From assembly GCF_037042905.1 (NCBI RefSeq), contig NC_087251.1, positions 28,460,001-28,524,000 on the forward strand: a DNA stretch of 64,000 nt. The letters run 5' to 3'. Shown piece by piece: positions 15,601 to 27,600 of this stretch; the first letter of the stretch is position 1, and each line of letters opens with the position of its first letter. The position numbers and the translations under genes were made by a program. The stretch is from Lytechinus pictus (Eukaryota). The notes under the pieces are model-generated. The model made no database searches. It was not told the DNA's origin and was given only the letters and a program-made list of their open reading frames with translations.

Positions 15601-18600
15601 GATCCAGGCACGGTTGCAGATGACCGTCCAGCAGCAACAGAAATACCTTGACACACTGCAGTCATGTCATGATTGGCTCTTGCAGGCTTGGCAGAAAATA
15701 CCGGTGGTGTCGCTGGGGTCAAAGGTCGATACCAGCAGCTTGGAGGATGCAGAACGCCAGGTTGAAGTCCTCAAGGTGATTGGTTGTCATGGTTACCTTT
15801 CATATTCCATAAAATGTATAAGATTTTTGGGGCTGGGGGGAGGGCTAATTAACTAAATCATTATTATTTTTTCACTTCAAAATCAAAACCATAGTCCTGT
15901 TAGTTATAAAGCAACATTCAGATTTTTCATGCTTCATACATCTTCATTATAATGAAAGAAGAAAAATATTGTAAAGAAGGAGAAAATTTATAAAGCATTG
16001 TGATAATTAAAATACTATTGATACTCTGTAATGGATATCATTAAAAACTTTGCAATTCATTTTGGAATTAGAGATTTTTACATGAAACGATGAACAGATT
16101 AAACAATATATTTTTATTTGGGTTTGGGATGAGATATGGTGTACTTTATTTAATTTTCATAATATAAGAAGTACATGTTTGTGTGAAGCATACATCTCTT
16201 TTCTTTCCACTGATATTGCTGTGAAAAGGTATTTGCATGTATCATGTTTGGGTTGTTATGGTTGTGAAGAGTTTAATCAAAATCAAATAATGTATGAAAC
16301 ATTTTCATCTGATCCATTCATTTTACATCAAAGCACCAAAGAGAAAAGGCATTATAGCACTCATTTGTTTCACTTTTGCTGTTTCACAGAAGTGCCCCCC
16401 CCCCCACACACACACACAAATAAATTTGTTGCTCATTCCAAACTGTTTGAAATTTATATAACCACATGGATTCAAGAATAAGCAATTTTTGTATAATGAA
16501 ACCTGTTTGTAGGTGTGTCACATTTTAAGCAAATTCTTAGAGCGAATAATGTATGTTTTCATGTCTACTTGTCAATACACACACTGGATATTGCCACTTA
16601 GAGTACTGTGAATTTAGATAACAAAAAGAATGGAAAATTCTTTGAAAGTGATATATGTTGTGACCCATAACTCTGCAAATGACTTGAACTTGTTCTTGTG
16701 ATGAATAAGATACCTCAAATATTTCCTGGTATTCAATAATGTAGGACTGAATTTCATCTAAATCTAATCTAATTTGACAGAAATAAATTTTTTATTCAAA
16801 TGATTATTGACAACCAGAATGTGTATTAACGTGAACATATTTCAACTTCAGCTGATGCTACTTATGACTCCATCGAGAATCTGATTTAGTGCACGAATAT
16901 GTTCCTGTCGTTTGCAAAGTCATGTATAACCTACAAACAGCATTATGAACGGCCCCCTAGCCTGTTACACTAACATGAAGCTCGATGAGTGATTTGTACA
17001 GTTAATTTGTGTTATTGATCACTCATAATGATCATTGCTATCAATTGTAAAATTTAGCCTTGTTATCCATCAAAAAGCATCATGAAGAAGCCCTAGGTAT
17101 CTAATATATTAATATCACTGCTGTATGGGTATGTAGGGAATCTTGGACACCTCATTGATGCATCGCCAGCTCGTCCAGGCAGCAGAGGAGAGGGTAGAAG
17201 AGAGACCAGGAGACTCCACTACAGCCGCCCTAGCAACCAAAGTAAACAATGAGATTGAGCAAATCATAGAACAGGTAATTACTGGTTCATTCAAAGTCTA
17301 TCATTTTTGTCCAACTATTTGGAAATTTTGATTTAACATTAAAAAAAAACTTCCTTATGCAATTTGGGTTCGTTTTCTGCTTGAAACTTAATTGATGCTT
17401 TAGATTTACATAGTTTTGTCTATCCACGAAATGTAAACAACAATGTTTTGATTTTGGGCTACACTTCATAATTCTTATATGTACGATGATTATTTGATTG
17501 TGTTAAACAGAACAATCAGATGATTTATCAATGTTTTGATGAAAAATGTAAATGAATACTTGGTCTACCCATAGTAAGAAGGTAATCGAATAATGACGAC
17601 ACTGTGACCTATTATTGCAGTTCATCTGGGTGAGTTAAAGAATTAATTTGTTAATGGAAATGATGTTTTTTTACCTTTTCACCTTAGACTGAGAGCCAGC
17701 TTGGTCAGACAGAAGAACAAGTCGATAAATGGTCTCAAGTTGAGAAGACTAAACAGGACTTGACAGATTGGATGGATCAGGTTCAGAAAGCATTGGCTCT
17801 AGAACAAGAGAAACCAGCACAAGTCCAACCTACTGAAGCCAAGAACCTCCTGAAAAATGCAAATGTAAGTTTCTTGGGTGTTCTAATGTTAGCAATATAT
17901 TCCCATGATATATATTCACCTTTGTCTTCTCTCTTTTTATGATGTAATTTTCTCCCAATATGACCTATGTTTTTACAGAGGTTTGCCGAAATTGATCTGA
18001 AATAAGTAAGCTGCAGTAGCTAGGGCAAGGGATTGAACATTTTATGTTGCAGCCACAAAAGGATGGAATAAATTCCCCATTATTCTGAGATCTTATCAAA
18101 ATCACTGTTGCATTGGCATCTTGTACAAAATACTGACTAGGAATCAATCAGAATTGTTATTTTATTTTGCAGTCCATATTGCAAACACTTGTGGTGTAAG
18201 CCTAGGACTGCCACTTTCCACCCTGGGTTAGCAAGACTGGTGTAAGCAAGCACCTGTATAGAACAGGGGTGTGAGAGTTCAGATTTTTATCTGATTTCAG
18301 ATTTTCTTTTGTTTTAATTTTCAGCTTAATTTCAGCTTATTTTTGGCCTTCTTCTGTACAAAAAGTATGGGAGCTCTTTCTATTTCAGACTTTTTCAACA
18401 CTCTTCAGCTTTTTTCAGATCTTTTTATTTGTGACCACTCACACCCCTGATAGATGGACACAAAGTTTTGTTTCTCGTCATCAGTTTTCCTTATTAAAAA
18501 CTACAGGAACCTAACCACAAAGACCACCTGCTTATAATACCACATTTCTTGTCTCTATTAGATGGTTTTTAAATACAAGTTTCACTGTATATTGTCATGA

Positions 18601-21600
18601 ATATTATAGTTTTGTGACACCACCTGTAAGTAACATATTTTATCTTTGGAATCACTAGTCCTTCATCGACGACATCCAGACACACCAGACAGACCTGAAG
18701 AATGTGATCAAGCACAGGGCAGATCTCTGTGACCAGTTAGATCCCGACCTTGATGCATTGAGTGCTGACATAGACACAATCTTGGCATTGGCCAACGATC
18801 TGAAGGCCATACGTACCAAGCAAGTGGCTGATGCGGAGAGGCTGGAGGAAGCAGTGTCAAAGGTCAAGGGTCAGCTTGCCGAGGTCAATGAGATTGTGGA
18901 GAAGGTGGAAAATGACAGAGTTCACACCTGTAGGGAGAAGATTGAGACACTAGAGGTGAGTTACAGAGATAAATGAATGAATTAAAGGGAAGTTCAAATT
19001 TAACGTTGAATCTTCCTGTAAGACTTTATTTGCTTCTAATACCCCTTTCAAGAATTTGCCCTCAAATAGTCCTGATTGAATGCGGATTTGGCAAATGAAA
19101 TTACTGTTAATGAATTCAGAAAGCTTCTGAATATCTATGACCTGAAATCATGTCACATCACTGAGGAAGGCTGCAGTCATTAGCCAAAAATTTTGAGGTA
19201 ACTCTTCAAGATTTATTTTGTGTGTGTTGAGATCAAAAGTTAAAAAATTTATTAAATTCAGAAATAGTCTGTATTATCTTTTAAGAGTGCAGTGAGCTCA
19301 GTACAGCAATGCGGAAATAATTGATGATGATGGTGATGATGATGGGTTTTTGTATACTACTGGTATCCACATCTGCTGGGCGCTCATGGCGCTTGCTCAA
19401 AAATAGGAAATGTCTCACAAATGTCAATGTTTTCAAACAGTGCTTAGAATCATCATTCAGTTCAAATACTGTCTTAGCAGTACTACAATCATTTTATTCT
19501 TGCGATGATGTTGGAATGGGGAACAGAAATGTCTTCAGGTCAAATGACTTTCTCATGCAGCAGCTGCACTATTTGAGAATACCATTAATGAATTAAAAAA
19601 TGAAATGGAGTGCGGATCGAGTCCTAAAATCATGTGAATTAAAAGTGGTTGCTATTATACTGAAGCTGCTTACTGAGACTATTTCCCAGTATTCATGTAT
19701 TTAATATTCTTGTTGCATAGATCTGATAATTTTTTTTCTTTTAGGCAAAGTAATCAAACCCAATTCACCCAGAGCATAATATTTCATTAACATTGGTCAA
19801 AAGTTCAATCCTCTTCTTGTAATGTTGTGTAATAAGACAATAAGAAGACAACATATCTTTATCCAAGGCTCCCCCATTAATGGTTTTCTCCTGAAACCCC
19901 ACCATGATGGGCAATCATTATTCCAATCAATAATGCAGTGTAGTATGATAATGAGATCTTAGCCTTTTAGAGCTTTACAAAGGCCATTCAAATTGAAAGG
20001 TCATGCAACATTACCTCTTGTCAGTTCTTGACTGCACAGATATACTCAGTTACGATTGCCTTCAATGAATTTTATTTCTAGTATTTCCATCAATTAAAAA
20101 AAAATTCTCTTGTATTGATATTTTATTGTTCTTATGTGATTGAACATACTATCGTGTTTACCATGACTCTGCAAAGTGGTACTATATGTATATCTAACAT
20201 AGGTTTGATAATTGTGTCTATATGATTACATAATAAGTCAGTGTATATAGATTATATCTAAGCATACTTTAATTACAAAAGTTGATTGCAATTATTCACA
20301 CCTATATTTTTGGCTTAACAAAGGCTTACTTGAGGAGTATTGATTGTAGTCCATTAATGATAAAAGGAGAGTGGAAAAGCTCATCAATATACATAGAGGT
20401 TCCCAGGAAGAAACTTTGGAAAATATGTGGATATCAAATTTGTTATCGAAACACACAAAGACACACAGATGGGTGAGAGAAAGAAAGGGAGAGATAGAGA
20501 TAAAAAGGTATAGTAAGTGAGTGAAAGATAGAAGGAGATAGTCAGAGAGAGGGATGGGGGGGACAATGGGGTCAGAGTCACAGAGAGCTACATGTAAAAA
20601 AATTGAAAATACACAGCTGCATCTTATCACACTTTCCAATGACTTTTTAGAACAAAACAATAAAAACTAAACAAGAATTGCTCGGTGTACACCTGTACAT
20701 GTACATGTATTAAAGCCCATGATCATACATGTAAATATTAAGAACGACTCCTTTTTTTTCTCCAGATTATAAAGTTTACATGAAAACAATAAGACATTGA
20801 ATTGAAAATACACAGCTGTATCTTATCACACTTTCCAATGACTTTTTAGAACAAAACAATAAAAACTAAACAAGAATGTACAATGCAGAACAATTAATAT
20901 GTCATAAAATAGGCTAGTAATATCAATGGTTTTAAGAAGGAAAGGAATGTGCCCTGGCAGGACACTTGGAAAATCGTTTCCATTATAACTCAAGACCTTG
21001 AGGATCAATAACATCAATTTAGACAACTTTTAATCAATATGCCGCCTTCTATGAGCACTTTCACTCAATAGCCAATCCCTCACCATGCTTTGTTTACTCT
21101 CAGTCCGTCCCTTTATGTGTAGATATCCAGGCTCAGGCATCTAGTCCTATTTACATTCTCTTGCTTCTAACTGGATGTACAAACAATAACAGACTCTACA
21201 AAGAATCTCCCAATTGTGCTATAGATAGCGATGAATAGAGGAGAAGGCGCGCTGTTTCAGTTAGATCATCTTGTTGACACTGCATGTAGTATTAGATGCT
21301 ACCTTATCGCTGCTGCAGTAGTGGCCGTAGGGACAGTCTCCTCAGTGCTATGGGGTCAGAACAGTCCCAAGAAGAGGAGGGGACATCCCCCTCCCCGCTT
21401 GAAAGTCCTGGAGATCATAATGATTTGGATTATACAGCCATGCCTGTTGAAGATGAGCTTGTAGGACCATTGCTGTCAAGGAGAAATTATAGCCAAAGGA
21501 GGAGCAGAAGTTTATCGAAGATTGGTAATGTGGCACCCCCTGACTTGGAGGAAAACCCTAGGAAAAATGTGAAAAATAATGATTCGGTGACTCCCCCTTG

Positions 21601-24600
21601 CTCAGATGAAATTCCTGGAATTAATAATGATGTGGAGCTAAGATTTCATGTTGATCATTATGGAATACCAACCAGGAGAAGTGCAAGCTATATGGATCTT
21701 GAGAATAGCAATGATATTAAGGAATATACTGTCATGCCTCCTGTAGTTCATCCTGGAAGACTATCACGAAGAAGTCTTGGAAATCCTGGGAATCGCAACA
21801 ATGATCAAGAATATACAGTCAAACATGTAGATTATCATGGAAGACCATCAAGAACAAGTCTTGGGAACCCAGGGAATAGTAATAATCATAAGGAATATAC
21901 TGCCAAACCTCTTGCCAATCAGGATACAAGACCATCAAGAAGACATCTTGGACAATACAGCATTGACCGATTAACTCAAAGTGATAAACCGACAATCCTA
22001 ACCTCGGAAAGAAATCCTGTAAGCAGTAATGTTCATACAGTCAAACCTGTTCTAGATCAGCATGGGAGACCATCCAGAACCAGCTTTAGCCAACTGAGAC
22101 AGAGGCAAGGGACACCCCCTGAGTCCTTGGAAAATCCCGGAAATGATATTGATGTGGATCATACAGTCAAACCTCCTGTAGATCAGCATGGTAGACCATC
22201 CAGGATAAGCTTTAGCCAACTAAGGAGGAAGCTGACACCTCCTGCTTCTATGTTAAATCCTGGGAACAGTGATGAAAATGCCAACCATGTCGTGGATCTG
22301 CATAAAAGGCCATTGAGGAGAAGTCTTGGCCAGCTCAGGAGTAGTTGTCTATCTAAGAGTGATGTTAGATTCAGGGTTAGTCTTGCATACTGTGTATATT
22401 CCTGAAGTAATGCATTTTGGTTGTTGGATGAGGATGACGAGTTGATTTTTTCGTTCACATGTGATTTGATTCTTGAGTGAGGGCAAAGAAAATTGAAAAT
22501 GTATTCTATCCTGAGGGAAAAGAAATTATTTACAACATCAGTAGAAAAAGAAAAGTGGGTTATTTGACTGGCAATTTGTAGAAAAGAGAATTTTGTTCTA
22601 TTGTGTACACCAGCTCTTAATGAAGCACTATTGAAATGGGAATTTGAATATGGTGCTTTCTGATCATCGAAAATAATTTATCTAAACAAATGAGAAGTCA
22701 TTCATATCCATATACATGTGATTCCCCTAAGCTTTTCCATTGTTTTTTGGAAGCTAGTAGTTACCTTTTATCAAGTGTTTATGTTGAGGTTGTAAAAGAA
22801 TCTGTAAAATTATTGAATGAATTAAAAAAGATGGAAGAAAAACATTGCATGAATTTATCAACCGTCCCTACTGAATCCCCCCCCCCCCTTATGATTGATT
22901 CTGCTTCCTGAATTAACTGTTAACAGTTACAAAGTAGCCATGCTCCAGTGAATAAAAGGATTAGCACCATCATTACAATGGCTTAGTACCTGCCTTAATC
23001 CCAATTGACATTGTTTAGAAAGATGACTGAAAGAAAAGACAACACTGAGATTATGTAATAAGGTATTGATTTGACATTGTTGTGTGTATTCAAGTGTAAC
23101 TAGGTGGTTTCAGACCGCCTTGAAGTTCGTCAGTTCCAGGTATTCTCTGATCGGGAAATTTACCCCGATCAGAAAATACCAGGTATTTTGGTAATGTGAA
23201 AGCAAACTACGCGTAATATCCCTGAAAGAAAATACCCGCTACATAGTAGGTACTTGGCGAAATTACGAGAACTTTCGTGGGGATTTTTCCAAGGTCGTGG
23301 GTATTTTGGCAATCTGAAAGCAAACTACGGGAACTTGTATCCCATCGATCACCGCGATAAGTGAATTTCCGGTTCATAGCCCGCGCTGTTCGATATGCGA
23401 GGCTACATGTAGCTGATGCGAGGCCTACCAGCAAGCCAGCGCCAGTGCATATGCAGCGATAAAGATACGTACACTTTTCATGCGACGTGACCCGGGGTTT
23501 GACTTTGACTAGGCGGTTGATTGTTTTACGAATTAAGGGTGATATTTACCGATATTCTATATTTTCATACCAGATGACATCGCTCTGGAGTGAAGAGGCC
23601 ACCAAGGCCTTGATTTCAATGTGGAGAGAAATCTAGTGCAATTGCAGATGATCAAGGGAACAAATGATTTGCGCATACGATCGAGTAAAGTTAGTACGTG
23701 CTAGAGCTACGCCGGCCGCAGGCGGATTTCCCGCTCCGGCCGTCCTCCGATCGTACCGCTAAAAGCGTGCGCTTCTTCGTCTGCTACCAGACAGTACTGC
23801 GCATGCTCATAACTTCGAGAAATTTCCCCAAAGAGTGTGTTTCGGGGCGGTCTGAATGCAGGAATAATTATCTAGTATTTTTTAGCATGTAAATGTTCTC
23901 GTAATTTAACGGGGATTCTTGTGATCGAGGCGGTTTGAAACCACCTAAAGAGAGTGAGAAACTAATTGAGGTGAAGGACCAAAATTTCAGAAACTATGAT
24001 ATTGCATAGTAAATATGTATATCAAACCAATTGTATCTAAGTTCTAGCCCTATTTCTTTCAATTTTTAGTTAATTTCCAATACAAGAATGTCTGTATTCA
24101 TTGTAATAGTATTTTTTTTTACTTATACATCATTTTTACGATTTTTTTGTGGATTCTTGATAATCTAAACTCTTTCAGGCTTTAATTAAACTTTTCGCCA
24201 GTGTTTCCTGTACACCAGTAGATGATGAATTGTAATGGTTAACTTGATAATGAAGGTTGTACAACATTTTTATTAGAAAGTGTTCAGTTAGATCTGAAAA
24301 CCTGGGATCATGTCATTGTCAAATTAAATGTTGTCAATTTCTGTCTTTCTCTCTCTCTCTCTCTCTCTTACCTACAGCGGTTATCTATGCCTGAGAGAAG
24401 AAGACATGTTGATGAGGTTGATGAAGCTAGCAGAGAGGTTGGTAGAATGGCTAGCTCACTTGATGAAGATTCCATCAGGAAACAGCTACAGTGAGTATAG
24501 TTCATTTAATCATGTACCGTACTATGCATAACAGTTGAGTTTGGAAACTGTTGATATGCTCCCCAGGGAGTGGAGAAAGTGCATATATTGTGTGTAAGTA

Positions 24601-27600
24601 CATTGTAAAGCACTTCAAGACACCTTTCTGATGTATTAAGCACTATAGAGAAGTATAATATCATTATCATTTTGTTATTATTAACTGTCATCTTTAGAAT
24701 TATCCAGTTATTCATTCAGGGTACCTTAATTACCAAAAGTGGTGGCCTTAATGTGAGATACACATCCAGTATATACAACTTTAGTATATTATCTTGTAAT
24801 ATTGTTTTTTCTCTCTCTATATATATCAATAAAATATGTGTTAAATATGCATTGGTGCTTACATGTAAGCACAACATTTAGTCAGACTAAATGCTTTATG
24901 AAACAACCTACCCCCCTCCCCCCACATGGCCATTTGTTTTACAAATTATATCTGTGATGATGTGTCACAATGAATGAACGTCAATCCTCCACAGTGAAAT
25001 CCGTGAAGAATGGCTGAGCAGTGAGACCCGTATCCAGCGCACGCAAGCCATGTTAGAAGGCTTGGAATCAGACTACAATGCCTTGCTGGAGAAGGGTCAT
25101 CAGTTCAAACTCTGGTTGGATCAGTTCCAGTCGTCCATCGCCAAACCAACCACTATCAGTCCATACACAGAGGAGGTGGATAAGGTTCTACAACAAATCC
25201 AGGTACATCATTTATCATCCCTGAATAAAAAAAAATATTTTGAACTATGATGATAGTCTTTTGTTTTCCTATTTGGAGGAGCAACACCGAAAGACAGTGG
25301 TCTTAGGGTTTTGATACATTCCTAGGGTTTAGGAGATATTGCATTGTAATTGTCAGTCGGACTTGATTGATCTGACTTAATGAAACTTAATTCAAATCAA
25401 TTTCAAGACGATTAGAATACTTTTAAAAGAAGGTGAAGAAGAAGGATTCAGTTATTTCTACATGTTTGTATAAAACATGATCAAGATATATTTTGCAATA
25501 ATTAAAAATAATAATTTAGCCAAAGGAGAGTATAACAGAACATCAATGAATATAATTCTTGACTAATATCCATATTTTTTTTAAACGCAGGATTCCAGTG
25601 TTGAGTTAGCAGGCCGTCGAGCCACATTCAAGGCCGTGAGCGAGGAAGAATCCCTGTGTGATGAATTGAGTCCCAAGGAGAGACAGAGAGTGCGTCAAGA
25701 TCTTCAGCAGATTGACAAGCAACTCACCAAGATTGAACACACTGTCTCCACTACTCAAGATGAATTACAGACATGTGTTAATGAGAGGAAGGTAAGAAAT
25801 AATGATGACAATAATAATAACTATAGTAAGTATATGGGGTAGTTATATTGCACTAATATCCACCTTGTCGGGTAATCGAGGCATTCCTATATTATCCCAG
25901 CTAAGCTGTGGCTACCAATTTAATCGCTCACAGCTTTTTGAGGAATTTCTTCTAGCGGATACCCATTTACCTAACCTCAGTCAAGTGCAGCACAATATTG
26001 ATGAATATCTTGCTGAAGGAAATAAACTCTGTTCATGGGTTAATTTTTTCTTTTAATTCTCTATAGGACTTTGGATATTATTACACTGGCTTTAGCCCAG
26101 CAGCCTTTTACAGCACACAAGCATTTCAAGGAATTCATTTCTGCCATTTTCTTCATGTGGGTTGAGTGTAGATAAATTTCTCAGTTGCCAAAGGACACTA
26201 GTACTGCTGTAGGGATTTGCATCTAGTACCTTGTGGTTCAACACATCATGACACACTGTATCATTATAATTATGTTGATTCTTGTGCAGGAATTCTGGAA
26301 GTACTATTCTGATTGCTTGAAAGGATTACAAACCAAAGAAGAAGATCTCAGTGATCCAGTATTTCCCAAGCTGGATATTCCAGACCAAGTACAGCAGGTC
26401 TTTGAAGCAAAGGTAAGAAAGGCACTTCATCTGTCCAGCTCTTGCAAAAAAACACACTGATCTGAACAAATGCCAGTGTTACTCCTTTCTCCCAACATTG
26501 TTGATACATTTCTCCTTATTTCAATTGATTTCCACATGCCCTCTGCTGATCTAAGGATTGATGTGAATTTGGGTTTCAGATTGTGGTAATGGAGCAGCCC
26601 CTTTAGCAATTCATAATTCAATGATAAAATCACCATGATCAATTGCTAAGTGTGTTTTTTCTTTCATTCAATTTAAACTTTTACAAACTTAAAGGGTACC
26701 TTAAACAAAGGTCCTTCTGCATAAACAACATCAATGGCCATGCATGCCTCTACCTCAAGTCATAGGAACTGCCTAGTTAACAAAACATACAAGTATATAA
26801 TCCTTAGTATTTTATCAGAATGTCCTGTTCAGAAATTGTGAGTAATTTTCATCAGTTGAAAAAAAAAAGATATTACTATGTAGATTCAATGATTGCTTAT
26901 TAGTAAAATTCCCTCTGCTGTAAGAATACAGATCATCTGATTTTTGTTGGCTGTATTTGAGATACAATTGGAAAGGAGGTTGATGTAGATTATTTGTTTT
27001 ATAGGCACTACAAGACCAGGTGAAGAGCTACAACTCTAGGGTGCAATGGTTATCAGCCAGCAGTCGACCAATCTGTAAGAAAGCCGAGGAGAGAGAGAGC
27101 CAGGATGTCCAACAGAAAGTCAGAGGTAAGATGCTTATTCCTATTGAAAGTTGAATCTTGAGAGAAAAAAAAATATCATGAAATGCAAGCATAGTAGCCT
27201 GGAGCATGTTCAGCCACCCAAATTCCACTTCTGTTTTTTTTTTTTTTTAACGTTTGTTCTGCTTTGGATTTTCCATTATAACTTGAGACCCTGTGTACAA
27301 TAAAGTTGCAACCTTTGACATTGAGGTACTGTATCTCTTGCTGTGGAGCAATTCCATACAATATGTACATCCAACCCCTTACATGTGGAACCTTCCTGAA
27401 ATGATTTGTCGCAGTTTTCTGGTTCTTACAAAATTGGTGATGCTCTTAAATGATCTCATGATTATTTAATTATCATGGATTCAGCATTTTTTGAAGTGAA
27501 GTAAGAATGGAGAATAATTGGGATCAGACATGCAAAAGTTGCTTCTTCTATTGAATTGCTCAAAGGATTAAAGTAAGTATCGTTGCCAGAGCATAATACC

